DNA of 64,000 bases, from positions 3,651 to 67,650 of the forward strand of contig MFKU01000005.1 of NCBI GenBank assembly GCA_001781095.1, written 5' to 3'. The translations under genes were made by a program, and so were the position numbers. A model generated the notes under the pieces. The model was given only the letters and a program-made list of their open reading frames with translations, had not been told where the DNA came from and searched no databases. This document shows positions 46,905 through 57,410 of this stretch, in pieces; position 1 is the stretch's first letter; each line of letters begins with the position of its first letter. The DNA is from Candidatus Kaiserbacteria bacterium RIFCSPHIGHO2_01_FULL_53_31 (GTDB lineage Bacteria > Patescibacteriota > Minisyncoccia > Phycocordibacterales > Phycocordibacteraceae).

Positions 46905-47504
46905 ATGAGAACCTTGAAAGTGGTCTTTACGGCCTTGATACTGAGTGGAATCGTCGCATCGACGGCCTCGGCCGCGTACATCAACGCGGAAGAGTCGGGT
47001 GCGCAGTACTACTGCACGCGCGGGCACGGATACAAAATCTGCGCCTCAGGGGACACTCTCACCATCTGGGTTCCCGTACTGCCAGACAAGTATCTAGCGG
47101 GTGTCGGTACCTATTGCGATGAGATGGGTGACTGCTGGGATTACCCGATGCTGTACGATGAGTCCTCTGCCGCGGTGTCGGTCGAAGTGATTGACGCGAA
47201 CAACATCTCGAAGTACATCTCGACGCCGAAAGCGGTCAAGTTCAACTGGTGGGGAGGTGTGACCTGGGCCAGCGTCGTTGTGCCGGCATCGTCCACGCGA
47301 AGTCTTTCACGCAATGAAGCGTGGTATAACTTCAAAGTACGTGCCACTGGACCGCGGTTCGATACTCAAAGCGAGTACGATGTGTGGATCCAGCTCAACT
47401 ACGTACCGCCCACGTGCACTGGAGACACCTGTGGCGGAGGCGGTGGGTATGGCAAAGGTCTATCCACCGGACCGACCACAACAGGTCGCTTGACGACCCG
47501 CTAG
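46905..47504 (+). CDS. secreted hypothetical protein
   Basis: SD GAGGAGGAAG; signal peptide MRTLKVVFTALILSGIVASTASA; several Cys. Confidence 0.5.
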   Translation: MRTLKVVFTALILSGIVASTASAAYINAEESGAQYYCTRGHGYKICASGDTLTIWVPVLPDKYLAGVGTYCDEMGDCWDYPMLYDESSAAVSVEVIDANNISKYISTPKAVKFNWWGGVTWASVVVPASSTRSLSRNEAWYNFKVRATGPRFDTQSEYDVWIQLNYVPPTCTGDTCGGGGGYGKGLSTGPTTTGRLTTR

Positions 47505-47641
47505 TCAACACCGCGGGAGGCGCGCAATACGGCGCGCCTCCCAAGAAACTATAGACCCCAACATATTGTTCGGGGTTTTTGTGTTTTTATACAAACAATC
47601 ATCATATTGACTCAAAGGTTGATTGGTAGCATCATAGATAC

Positions 47642-48409
47642 ATGATGGACATTGAGGAACTATCGAAGGCTCAACTTATATTACTCACCATTCTTGTCAA
47701 TTTCGTCACGTCGGTCGCGACGGGCATTTTGACCGTATCGCTCCTCGATAAGGCGCCACCGGTCGTCACACAGACCATCAATCGTGTCGTGGACCATACG
47801 ATTGAACGCGTCGTGGAGGCGGTTCCGGAAGTTATTCGACCGTCCTCTCCTGCTCCGTCGAATCAGGATCTGGTCACGGCCGCTCTCGCTCTAGACGCGG
47901 AGCGCACGGTCGCTATTCACAGTGAAAAGACCGGCACCTCGACGCCCGCGATCTCACTCGGCACGTATTTGCCGGGAGCACGGGCGATTATTACCGCTGC
48001 GCGAGACTCGCTGCCAAAAGAAGTGCTCGTTGGATTCGCAAATGGTGCGTACATACCCGCATCACTTTCACATAGCGGCAATGGTGTCATGATTTACGGT
48101 TTTTCTGACACGGCAGCACTTCCAAAAGTCACAGCCCCTCTCTTGATACCATCAAAGGATTTGAAGATTGGACAAACGGCGCTTGCTATCGCAGTGGACG
48201 GCGCTGCAGCGACGGGCATCGTCGCGCGAGTGAATGACGCCGGTATACGTACCACACTTCCGGACATCGGCGCGGGAAGTGCCGTCGTAGATCTAACGGG
48301 TAATCTTATCGGCATCGCTGCGAGTAGCGCCACACCAGGTATTCTTATCAGCGCGGACACTATTACCACGCTTCTTACTGCTACATCGACAACGGTAAAA
48401 GGTTCTTAA
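47642..48409 (+). CDS. membrane-anchored protein with a divergent trypsin-like (HtrA/S1C-like) domain
   Basis: TM anchor; ...GAGSAVVDLTGNLIGIAAS resembles the GNSGGPL..G.vIGI block; catalytic status unclear. Confidence 0.4.
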   Translation: MMDIEELSKAQLILLTILVNFVTSVATGILTVSLLDKAPPVVTQTINRVVDHTIERVVEAVPEVIRPSSPAPSNQDLVTAALALDAERTVAIHSEKTGTSTPAISLGTYLPGARAIITAARDSLPKEVLVGFANGAYIPASLSHSGNGVMIYGFSDTAALPKVTAPLLIPSKDLKIGQTALAIAVDGAAATGIVARVNDAGIRTTLPDIGAGSAVVDLTGNLIGIAASSATPGILISADTITTLLTATSTTVKGS

Positions 48410-48445
48410 TGCGATTTCTATTTTCGGTCATCTACTATCCAGGAT

Positions 48446-51121
48446 ATGCCTCCCTCTAACAATTTCACCACCAAAGCTAAAGAAGCCGTCCGTCGCGCCC
48501 ACGAACTGGCTATCGAACGTGGGCAGAATCACGTATCTTCGCTTCACATGCTGGCGGCGCTCGTACTTCAGGAAGAATCGCTGGTTTTCTCGATGCTCGA
48601 TCGCATGGAGGTGGACACTATCATGCTTGCAGACGCGACACTCGAGCATCTCGAAGCGCCCGAGTCAGCATCGGTACTGTCGCCTTCCTACCAGATATAT
48701 CTAACGCCAGATCTGGCGCAAGCGCTTGAAGCATCGGGGAAAATTGCAGCGCGTATGAACGAGACCTTTGTCGGTACCGAGCATCTCTTTCTCGCTATTA
48801 TCGAACATCCCGGACCTGCGGCTGATATCCTGTCACGCTTCTCAATTAATCAAAACTCGGCACTTGCCGTTCTGAAGGAACTCAAAAGTGCTAAGGACGG
48901 GCAGATTGAGAGCCCGAAACGCTTCCGTGCGCTTGCGAAATATGCACGCAATCTGACGCGCCTCGCCGCCGAGAACAAGCTCGACCCGGTAATAGGGCGC
49001 GACATCGAGATTAATCGTGTGATTCAAATCCTCGCTCGCCGAACGAAGAATAATCCGGTACTTATCGGAGAAGCAGGTGTGGGGAAAACAGCCATAGCAG
49101 AAGGACTCGCAGCGCGCATGGCGACCGGGGAGGTTCCCGAGTCTCTGAAGGGTAAGGAGCTTCTCTCGCTCGATCTCGGCCTCATGATCGCCGGCACCAA
49201 GTATCGAGGAGAATTTGAGGAGCGTATGAAGAACGTGATGAAAGAAGTCGAACGCGCGGAGGGTAAAGTGATCCTCTTTGTCGATGAGCTACACACACTC
49301 GTGGGTGCCGGAGGAGCCGAGGGTTCTCTTGATGCGTCGAATATGCTGAAGCCGGCCCTGTCGCGCGGCGAGATCCGCGTCATTGGTGCGACCACGCTAA
49401 AGGAATATCAGAAGTATATCGAGAAAGATGCGGCACTCACGCGCCGTTTCCAATCAGTCTTTGTGCAAGAACCGACCGTTGAAGACGGTATAGCTATATT
49501 GCGCGGACTTCGCGACAAATATGAGCTTTTCCATGGGGTGCGCATCACCGACGGTGCCATCGTTGCGGCTGTTGAACTCTCTGCGCGCTACATCAGTGAT
49601 CGGTTCTTGCCAGATAAGGCAATTGATCTTATCGATGAGGCCGCGTCGGGGTTGCGCATTGCGCTCGAGAATAAGCCGCCGCTCCTTGAGGAGACCGACC
49701 GCAAGATACGCCGACTTGAGATCGAGCGTCAGGCACTCCAGAAGGATCTTGATGGCGACCGAGCAAAAGAAATAAAGGAGCGTATTAAAGCTATCGATTC
49801 GGAAGTCGCTGATCTGAGAGAAAAGACGAGTGAGCTTGAGCTCAAGTGGAAGAATGAGAAGGAAGTTCTCGAGGGTATTCGTGCAGCGAAGACTGAACTT
49901 GAGTCGCTCAAGGTGCAGGCAGATAACGCGGAAATGAATGCTGATCTCGGCACGGTCGCAGAGATTCGCTATGGCCGGATCCCACAGATTCAGAAAGACC
50001 TCGAAATCAAGCTCAAGCGCCTGAAGACATTGCAGAAATCTCGTCGAGTATTAAACGAAGAAGTGGCGGAGCAGGATATCGCAACAGTGGTAAGTCGGTG
50101 GACCGGCATTCCTGTTGCGAGGATGATTGAGGAAGAAGCCGCGAAGCTAGCGCGCATGGAGCAAGCGCTCGAGAGCGGCATCATCGGTCAGGACGATGCC
50201 GTCAAGAAAGTGACTGATGCAGTAAAGCGCTCTCGCGTGGGCATCAGCGACCCGAATCGCCCTATCGGATCGTTCCTCTTCCTCGGACCGACGGGTGTCG
50301 GGAAGACCGAGCTCTCGAAGAAACTCGCGGAGTTTATGTTCAATGATACTGAAGCGCTTGTCCGCGTCGATATGAGCGAGTTCATGGAGAAGCACTCGGT
50401 GGCCAAGCTTATCGGAGCGCCGCCGGGATACGTCGGATATGAAGAATCCGGCACTCTCACCGAGAGAATACGTCATCGCCCGTATGCAGTGGTGCTTTTC
50501 GACGAGATCGAGAAAGCGCATCCGGAAGTGTTCAACATTCTCCTACAGGTGCTCGACTCGGGGCACCTTACCGACGGCAAAGGGCGCAAGGTCAATTTCA
50601 AGAACACGATTATCGTGCTGACATCAAACATCGGCGGAGAATATATCGATAGGCTCGCGCACATCGGCTTCGGTACGGCAGACGCAACCGAAGCGAGTCG
50701 GTACGAAGAGACGAAGGAGAAAGTCATGGAAGCACTCAAGGAACACTTTCGCCCCGAGTTCTTGAACCGACTCGATGACATCATCATCTTCGACGTACTC
50801 GCGAAGGAGGCGCTAGCACGCATCGTCGATAATCAGGTGGAAGAGGTCGTGAAGCGACTTGCCCAGAAGCGCATCGCGCTCGCAATAGAACCGGAGGTGA
50901 AGACCTGGCTCGCCGATAAGGGATATAACCCACAGTACGGTGCCCGCCCGCTTCGCCGCACCATCCAGGACAAGATTCTCACACCGCTCGCATCCCTCAT
51001 GGTCGCACAAGGCCTCATGGAGGGCGGCACAGTTACGGTCTCTATCAAAAACGGTGAGCCCTATTTCGATGTGAAGAAGCGAGCGGCAAAGATTGTTCGC
51101 GTCGCATCGACCGCTGCCTAA
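48446..51121 (+). CDS. clpB: ATP-dependent chaperone ClpB
   Basis: Clp_N repeats, two AAA+ modules ([10 protein letters not shown]; [10 protein letters not shown]), and a long middle coiled coil. Confidence 0.95.
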   Translation: MPPSNNFTTKAKEAVRRAHELAIERGQNHVSSLHMLAALVLQEESLVFSMLDRMEVDTIMLADATLEHLEAPESASVLSPSYQIYLTPDLAQALEASGKIAARMNETFVGTEHLFLAIIEHPGPAADILSRFSINQNSALAVLKELKSAKDGQIESPKRFRALAKYARNLTRLAAENKLDPVIGRDIEINRVIQILARRTKNNPVLIGEAGVGKTAIAEGLAARMATGEVPESLKGKELLSLDLGLMIAGTKYRGEFEERMKNVMKEVERAEGKVILFVDELHTLVGAGGAEGSLDASNMLKPALSRGEIRVIGATTLKEYQKYIEKDAALTRRFQSVFVQEPTVEDGIAILRGLRDKYELFHGVRITDGAIVAAVELSARYISDRFLPDKAIDLIDEAASGLRIALENKPPLLEETDRKIRRLEIERQALQKDLDGDRAKEIKERIKAIDSEVADLREKTSELELKWKNEKEVLEGIRAAKTELESLKVQADNAEMNADLGTVAEIRYGRIPQIQKDLEIKLKRLKTLQKSRRVLNEEVAEQDIATVVSRWTGIPVARMIEEEAAKLARMEQALESGIIGQDDAVKKVTDAVKRSRVGISDPNRPIGSFLFLGPTGVGKTELSKKLAEFMFNDTEALVRVDMSEFMEKHSVAKLIGAPPGYVGYEESGTLTERIRHRPYAVVLFDEIEKAHPEVFNILLQVLDSGHLTDGKGRKVNFKNTIIVLTSNIGGEYIDRLAHIGFGTADATEASRYEETKEKVMEALKEHFRPEFLNRLDDIIIFDVLAKEALARIVDNQVEEVVKRLAQKRIALAIEPEVKTWLADKGYNPQYGARPLRRTIQDKILTPLASLMVAQGLMEGGTVTVSIKNGEPYFDVKKRAAKIVRVASTAA

Positions 51122-51136
51122 ACGCTAAGGACATCA

Positions 51137-51176
51137 GATATCCTCAGAATATGAGGATATTGGCATGTTTTTCTCG
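51137..51176 (+). terminator. rho-independent terminator after clpB (ATATCCTCA-gaata-TGAGGATAT + GTTTTTCTCG)
   Basis: 9-bp stem followed by a T-run. Confidence 0.5.
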
Positions 51177-51194
51177 ATATGTTATTCTACTCGC

Positions 51195-51365
51195 ATGTCT
51201 CAAGATCGCCTCATCCGCGTGCAATCGTCTGCCTCGAAGCACATCGTTATTACGCGTAAGAACAAGAAAACTGTTCAGCGTAAGCTGGAACTCACTAAGT
51301 ACGACCCGGTCGCGCGTAAACGCGCGACCTACAAGGAAATAAAGTGGAAGGGAAAGGGGGGATAA
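51195..51365 (+). CDS. rpmG: 50S ribosomal protein L33
   Basis: ...TRKNKKT.QRKLELTKYDPVARKRATYKEIK matches the L33 signature; start at MSQDRL. Confidence 0.75.
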   Translation: MSQDRLIRVQSSASKHIVITRKNKKTVQRKLELTKYDPVARKRATYKEIKWKGKGG

Positions 51366-51374
51366 CGAATACTC

Positions 51375-52124
51375 CTAGCCGTTTGAATACTCGCTGATTA
51401 TTTGCAATGTTTCATCAGGGCCGGAGACCTGGCGCGTGGCGATTCCCGTTTCTCCGACCACTTCGTCGTTGCCCTCCGGGTAGAGTGCGTCTCCTACATA
51501 GAGCATCTCACTTATGGGAATAGAAAGATGTTCGGAAAGACGCCTGATACCATACGCCTTGTTCACGCCATGTCGGGTAACGTCGACGGATGTCGACCCG
51601 CCTGTTTTGACGTCGTATTCCGGCAGTAACCTCGCGATCGCATCGCGCAGAGCTCGCTTCTTCGAGCCGTTTGGGTCCCATTTTTCTTTTTCTTCTATAG
51701 GAGCTTGCTGCCCAAGTGCTGAAAGTGTTACTTGCGCGCCGCGATACTCGATACGCTCGCCATAGCTCGGAGCAGACAAGTCGATCAAGCCAGTCTCTTC
51801 ACATGCGGAGCGTATCATTCCCCCGATTTTGCTCGTATCTTCTCCAGTGAGTATTTCTGCATAAACTTCATGCCAGTCTTCTTGCTTCCATACATACAGA
51901 GCTGCTCCCGAGGTTGGAAGTAGAAAAAGGTTTCCAAAATCCGATTCGACGGGCAATAGTGAGACGATATCGCGCTTGAGAATACTGAGCGAATCACCTG
52001 AAATAATGCCCACCCGTTTTGTCGCGAGCAGTTCTGACAGTGCTTTCACCATTTCAGAGTTTGCGGGCAACTTGCTGCGGGTCAGCGTCCTGTCAACATC
52101 GAAAATAATCATTACCGGCATCAT
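51375..52124 (-). CDS. HAD-superfamily (IIB/Cof-like) sugar-phosphate phosphatase
   Basis: Motif I IIFDVDRTLT; C-terminal LYVGDALYPEGNDE (motif IV). Confidence 0.7.
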   Translation of the reverse strand: MMPVMIIFDVDRTLTRSKLPANSEMVKALSELLATKRVGIISGDSLSILKRDIVSLLPVESDFGNLFLLPTSGAALYVWKQEDWHEVYAEILTGEDTSKIGGMIRSACEETGLIDLSAPSYGERIEYRGAQVTLSALGQQAPIEEKEKWDPNGSKKRALRDAIARLLPEYDVKTGGSTSVDVTRHGVNKAYGIRRLSEHLSIPISEMLYVGDALYPEGNDEVVGETGIATRQVSGPDETLQIISEYSNG

Positions 52125-54034
52125 GATAGAGCGTTCAGTATATGAGAAAGTGAGGCTGTCGCAACGCCGACCACTCTATCTGCGCCGCCGTAATAGAGAA
52201 AGAGTGTGTCATCGCGCATGACCCCGCCGCAGGAGAAGACGACATTTGGCACATCGCCAACTTTCTCGTAGTCAAGAACGGCCTCAAAAATTGGATCGGC
52301 AGTTCTCGAAAGGACGACGAGGCCGGAACGATCAAGCAACGCGGCACCGAGACGATAGTGCGAGCGATGGGAAACGCCATGATAGATGAGGAGCCAGCCG
52401 CCAGCAACCTTAATAGGCGGACCTGCGATTCCTACTTTCGCGCTATCCCACATACCTATGCGCGGTCCCATGATCTCTATGCAGCGAGAGACGCGCTTCT
52501 TGAACGAAATGTCGGAAACGAGATCGGCGCAGATGTGGCCATTTATTCGGTGATAAAGCACATAGTCGCCATTTATCTGCTCTGGCAAGAGTCCGATGTC
52601 TTTATCGTCGACCTCGTCCGGCGTGATAAGCACCGGTTCGTCCCAGTTCTGAAACCGCTTCGCGAGAAAGTCATCAACGCTAATCGAACTGGCTGCGCCG
52701 CGCGGGTTGTGCGTGCCGTCATACGCGGTATAGGTGAGATGTACTCGGTTATCAATGACCACGAGTCGCGGATCTTCGCACCCGGAGTTACCATCTGGTT
52801 TTCCGCGCTTGCTCTCGAAGTCTGCACGCGGTACATACACCGGTGTCTCGAGGCGCTCGTCGATGTGAATACCGTCGCTGCTTCGAGCATATCCAAGCGT
52901 TGAGGTATTGTCTGCATTCATTGCGCGATAGAGCAAATGCACGGAGCCCGCAATATCAAGAGCGCCGGCATTTAGTACAGAATGGCTCTCGTAGCCGGAT
53001 CCACGCGGCACGAGAATAGGATTCTCCTTTGCACGCGTAAACGTGCGTGCAGGATCTGCCGGGTCAAGATCGCGTAAGAGGTCTGCGAGCTTAACGTCTG
53101 CCTTCGCGCAGGTCGTGTCTGCAGCGCCGTACCAGATCGAAAGTATGTCGCCCTGGATTGTCGCGCCGGAAGGGAAGACGATTCGCGGCACAATACCATA
53201 TTGCTCGTACGCTTCCTCCGGAACCATAAATGCGTACGATCGGGAGATGAGCTTCCGGGGATCATGTGCATCCAATATCGCGGCTTCGACACCGAAGATG
53301 CGCTCGTGTTCGGTATAGTATTTCTGTATATAGGAATAAATGAGTAGCCAGCCCATATCGGTCTTCAGGGGCGTTGCTCCTACTTCAATGTGATCATCGT
53401 CGGCGCGGCGGAGTTCGGTGAGCGCATGTTTGGCCAGATGTTCGTGCCATTCGTGCCAATATTCCGGATTGAAAAAGTGTGACACTTCTTTCGCGCGGGC
53501 GATCGCGATCATCGGCCGTGGATATTCGTTCGTCCAATCAGTATGCGCGGTGAGCAGAAGAACGACATCTCCATCAATTCGCTCGGGAAAGAGTGTCGCC
53601 GCTTTAGCGTTAAAAGGCGTTATAAGATGCCGTTCCGTGAAGTGATCCGGCGAATCGCCAATAGCAACGCCTATCTTAATGTTGCCCGGCCCAAAGGGAT
53701 AGCCGCCGAGTGCTGTGTAGAAGCAATACCACCTTCCCTCAAAGAAAGTGACGCGTGGGTCTTCGCAGCCAAATTCGTCCCATTCCTGAAGTGGTGCAAG
53801 AACCTGACGCCTCGAATGAAACTTGACCCCGTCAGCTGAGTGCGCTGTTCCGATTGAAGAAAGAGCGGCGTGCGGCGACACGAGCGCGTCGGGTGATCCG
53901 AGCGCGCGATAAAAAAGCTGTACCCCCTCATCTGTCTGCACCGCAGAGGGGTTAAACGTCGCGACTGCCTCCCACGGATGTTCTTTACGAGGCGACAATA
54001 TCGGATTCTCTTCTTGTCGGCGGACGACGAACAT
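52121..54034 (-). CDS. tandem GH130-family (DUF377, mannoside phosphorylase-like) protein
   Basis: Two repeats of ENPIL.P...W...FNP.AV...G...LYRA and a C-terminal ...LYYGGAD. Confidence 0.6.
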   Translation of the reverse strand: MFVVRRQEENPILSPRKEHPWEAVATFNPSAVQTDEGVQLFYRALGSPDALVSPHAALSSIGTAHSADGVKFHSRRQVLAPLQEWDEFGCEDPRVTFFEGRWYCFYTALGGYPFGPGNIKIGVAIGDSPDHFTERHLITPFNAKAATLFPERIDGDVVLLLTAHTDWTNEYPRPMIAIARAKEVSHFFNPEYWHEWHEHLAKHALTELRRADDDHIEVGATPLKTDMGWLLIYSYIQKYYTEHERIFGVEAAILDAHDPRKLISRSYAFMVPEEAYEQYGIVPRIVFPSGATIQGDILSIWYGAADTTCAKADVKLADLLRDLDPADPARTFTRAKENPILVPRGSGYESHSVLNAGALDIAGSVHLLYRAMNADNTSTLGYARSSDGIHIDERLETPVYVPRADFESKRGKPDGNSGCEDPRLVVIDNRVHLTYTAYDGTHNPRGAASSISVDDFLAKRFQNWDEPVLITPDEVDDKDIGLLPEQINGDYVLYHRINGHICADLVSDISFKKRVSRCIEIMGPRIGMWDSAKVGIAGPPIKVAGGWLLIYHGVSHRSHYRLGAALLDRSGLVVLSRTADPIFEAVLDYEKVGDVPNVVFSCGGVMRDDTLFLYYGGADRVVGVATASLSHILNALS

Positions 54035-54035
54035 G

Positions 54036-55199
54036 TTACGCAGTTGAGAGCGGCCTCGATAAAAGAGGAGCGTGTTCGCTCTTCATAAGCGCCCGCAGGA
54101 AATCGGCAAGCGGCGCAAACGCGACACAGATAACCTTGTCAGCACCACCGTAGTAGACGTAGAGCAGATCGTCTTTGATGGTAGCGCCACAGGCGAAGAC
54201 GATTCCTGGTTTGCCATCATTCTCATACTGTTCATCCGGTTCGAGAATGGGGTTCGATGAGCGGTACAGAACATTCGTTGGGTCATCGAGATCGAGCAAC
54301 ATCGCACCGAGCTTGTAGCGATGTCGTTCCAGTTTATCGTTGGCATGATAGAAGAGGAGCCAGCCTTTCGGAGTTCGTAGGGGCGGCGGTCCGGCACCAC
54401 GCACGAAGCTGTCCCAGTAATCATCGCGAGCATGCACGTCACAACGGGCACCGTTCCAGCTCTCGACAAATGGTTCAGTGATGCCAATGTTATCGATCGA
54501 ATCGCGATATTCGATCTCGATCTTCGGCGAAATGCTATGCAATATCGCAAATCTGCCGTCGATTTTTTCCGGGAAGAGAACCCAATTTTTATGGCGCTCG
54601 CCTGGCCCCGAGAGGAATTGAGGCGAGGTTAGATTATGAAATCGTTTAGAGAAGAAGTCTTTTGTAGAGATCGAAGTACAGGTGATCCGAATACTGTCCC
54701 AGCTGTCGAACATATTGAAGGTAATATAGATGCGACCATCAATCTCAACCATGCGTGGATCCTCGCAGCCACCCCAGCTGCCACCCGAGGGATACATCGC
54801 GGGACTATACCGCCGTTCTTCTTCGCCAGTCCGCGGATTGATCGCGGCATAGATCGGATAAGGAAACTGATCATCGAAGACAAACCCGTTTGGAGAGGAC
54901 GCGTACCCGAGGCGCGAAACTCCATCGCTACCGACCGATCGGTATACGAGATGTGTACGGCCACCCTGAACCACGGCGGCGGGATTAAAGACTGCTTCAG
55001 CACGCCACGGATGCCTGCCCGGCTGAATAACCGGGTTACCAAGAATGCGCGCGAGCGAGAGATCGCGGCGACCGATAGCACGAGCCACCTCCTGTATCTT
55101 TTCTCGCAGAGGAGCATACAAGAAGGCGCCCACCATGCATCCCACCACGAAGAAGGAAATGAGAATCGCGAACCAGTACACTAAAAGGAGTGCGCTCAT
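54036..55199 (-). CDS. GH130-family (DUF377) beta-propeller glycoside phosphorylase-like protein with N-terminal TM
   Basis: GNPVIQPGRHPWRAEAVFNPAAV...LVYRSVG; ...LLYVYYGGADKVI. Confidence 0.6.
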   Translation of the reverse strand: MSALLLVYWFAILISFFVVGCMVGAFLYAPLREKIQEVARAIGRRDLSLARILGNPVIQPGRHPWRAEAVFNPAAVVQGGRTHLVYRSVGSDGVSRLGYASSPNGFVFDDQFPYPIYAAINPRTGEEERRYSPAMYPSGGSWGGCEDPRMVEIDGRIYITFNMFDSWDSIRITCTSISTKDFFSKRFHNLTSPQFLSGPGERHKNWVLFPEKIDGRFAILHSISPKIEIEYRDSIDNIGITEPFVESWNGARCDVHARDDYWDSFVRGAGPPPLRTPKGWLLFYHANDKLERHRYKLGAMLLDLDDPTNVLYRSSNPILEPDEQYENDGKPGIVFACGATIKDDLLYVYYGGADKVICVAFAPLADFLRALMKSEHAPLLSRPLSTA

Positions 55200-55561
55200 G
55201 CCGCCGGGGAATTGCGACCATAATCATCTTCGAGCCGCGTCTCATCGCTTTCACTAAAATTTCCTAACGCAATTTCTAGAAAAGACAGTTCATCCGGACC
55301 CGCGGCAATACGGTGCGATGCTCCTGCTGGAATCTCGAACTCATCTTGTGCCTTCGCAGGACGAGCAAGGCCATGTATCGTGACTTCCCCGATTCCGGTG
55401 AGGATATACCAGAATTCAGCGCGCTTATGATGCGTTTGGAGCGAGAGCTCCTGATGCGGCTTGACGTGAATTATCTTCACAGTCGATGGTTCGTTCAGGG
55501 TAAAACGCTCGAAGAAACCCCAGGGCCGTGTTTCCTGCTCGTGATGAGTGAGAAAGTCCAT
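55196..55561 (-). CDS. cupin-domain protein (mannose-6-phosphate isomerase type II C-terminal-like)
   Basis: ...HVKPHQELSLQTHHKRAEFWYILTGIGEV...IPAGASHRI. Confidence 0.6.
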   Translation of the reverse strand: MDFLTHHEQETRPWGFFERFTLNEPSTVKIIHVKPHQELSLQTHHKRAEFWYILTGIGEVTIHGLARPAKAQDEFEIPAGASHRIAAGPDELSFLEIALGNFSESDETRLEDDYGRNSPAA

Positions 55562-55626
55562 AATATCTATAGCGTAGCACCAGCACGCGTCGAATTTACG
55601 CGCAATTCACAGGATTGCGGGACACC

Positions 55627-56049
55627 TTATTTAGTGAGCACCGAGGAGCTATAGCCAAGCCTTCGCATCTCGATGAAAAGAGTCTTCACAATACTTACTG
55701 CCTCCTCCTGATTTTCATATGAACTGGGATTTTCTCTCCACTGAATGATTACCTCTGGGTCGCTACCCAAACGCTCTAGTGCCTCGTCAACATCCTGCTG
55801 CAATTTCTTCTCCCTCTCGGCGCCACGTCCTCTCAAGTAGCCGCCGGGTAGGTGCGCATGGAAATTATTAAGAAAATTCAAAATGAGTGTGTCTCCCTCA
55901 AGTCTCTCCAGTTTTTCCCGCTCATCTCTTAGTAAAGTACCAGTCAGTTGTGTAATTTTCTCCGCGCGGTTACTCTCCGCATCTCGTAAGAGATCCTGCT
56001 CGGAATAGTCTTGAGGACTTATTTCTTTATTAGGGCTTTCTTGCGACAT
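55627..56049 (-). CDS. hypothetical protein in a lower-GC islet
   Basis: 140 aa, charged/helical; local GC clearly below the window average. Confidence 0.45.
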   Translation of the reverse strand: MSQESPNKEISPQDYSEQDLLRDAESNRAEKITQLTGTLLRDEREKLERLEGDTLILNFLNNFHAHLPGGYLRGRGAEREKKLQQDVDEALERLGSDPEVIIQWRENPSSYENQEEAVSIVKTLFIEMRRLGYSSSVLTK

Positions 56050-56221
56050 CTATATATACTAGCAGAACAGGAATCTCTCCTTAGAATTTATCCTCTGGCT
56101 AGATTAAGTATGGAGAGGGTAGGAAGATTGGATATCTTGAGAGCCCCCGTGCTGTTCATGATGCACATGAAGTTCACGGGGCTTACGGGTTTACTTCTAG
56201 TTTCTGTAGTACAATCCCCGT

Positions 56222-57058
56222 ATGAACCGGAAGAGGTTTGCAGTCATAGCCTTGGTTGTAATTATTATTGCTGCGGGCAGTTATTTTGTTGTTAATAGTA
56301 ATGGGGGTAAATACATTCAGATAAAGACTCCTTCTGAAGCATTAGGTTTCGGTAAATACATTACAAATCCGAATAATGTATCATATGAATTCATAGACGC
56401 ACGAATATTGACCTCATCGAATGCAGCTCCAAAACAGTACTACAAACTCTGCGGCTCCGATGAGACTTCTGCCATGTCGCTTTTCACGAAATATTTAGCT
56501 TATAAAAATCACGATATTATACTGGACGACCCGACAAAATCTCCTGAACAAAAACAGCAACGAATGGCAGAAGGGTACGGCACGCGGCACCTTGTTGATC
56601 ATTGGAAAGCTGATACTCATTATCACTATGTAATCTCTACTTCTGGTAATCCTTTCTGGGAACACGTCATATTAGAAGACTGTCATTACTTTACTCCGAC
56701 CACTGAAGAACGCGCCATAATCTTCGGTGAAGATTATTCAATGTCGATCGGTACGTTCAATTATTCTCTGAAAACGGCAGATAGTTTTTTAAGTTTTCTT
56801 CAATATTATTATGCTAAGGATTGGACCTTTATTGCTGAAAACAAACTTCATAGCATGTCGGTTGCGGAGGATGCAAACACCATAACAATCTCATTTAAGG
56901 TTGCACTCATACATTCTGGAGATTGGGGATTGCCAACGACGTACTCTTATCACCTCGTCACCCATACGCTTGATAAGAAGACGGGGAATATGATTGTATC
57001 CTGGAAAAAAATCGGAGCACCAACATCTGGGCATATCGATGGAAACTTACTTAAGTAG
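56222..57058 (+). CDS. membrane-anchored hypothetical protein in a lower-GC islet
   Basis: N-terminal TM MNRKRFAVIALVVIIIAAG; AT-rich codon usage unlike its neighbours. Confidence 0.5.
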   Translation: MNRKRFAVIALVVIIIAAGSYFVVNSNGGKYIQIKTPSEALGFGKYITNPNNVSYEFIDARILTSSNAAPKQYYKLCGSDETSAMSLFTKYLAYKNHDIILDDPTKSPEQKQQRMAEGYGTRHLVDHWKADTHYHYVISTSGNPFWEHVILEDCHYFTPTTEERAIIFGEDYSMSIGTFNYSLKTADSFLSFLQYYYAKDWTFIAENKLHSMSVAEDANTITISFKVALIHSGDWGLPTTYSYHLVTHTLDKKTGNMIVSWKKIGAPTSGHIDGNLLK

Positions 57059-57206
57059 TAACCCTCCGTTCTGGGATAACGGACGGGCCACCAGGAATAC
57101 GTTTCTCGACCCTTACAGGGTCAGGTAGCTTTCATCGAAACTGCACTTGGGACGCACGCGCCCCGCGCGTGCTTCGGCCCGCAGTTTGTCACTGCGTTCC
57201 AAACTG

Positions 57207-57277
57207 CGGGCCCACCAGGACTCGAACCTGGGACGGCGGTTTTGGAGACCGCTGTTTTACCACTAAACTATAGGCCC
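57207..57277 (-). tRNA. tRNA-Trp (CCA)
   Basis: GGGCCUA-UA-GUUU-AGUGGUA-AAAC-A-GCGGU-CUCCAAA-ACCGC-CGUC-CCAGG-UUCGAGU-CCUGG-UGGGCCC-G; CCA not encoded. Confidence 0.85.
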
Positions 57278-57410
57278 AATCTGCCCAGCTTACTTCAAGC
57301 AGTCAGTATTTACCAGAACAGTGCTACGCACTTCGAAGCTCCGTTTCCTAACGGAGCATAGTAGTGGGGAAAGCGGCTCAGTGCGGCGAAGCACGCGGTA
57401 TGATGATGGT

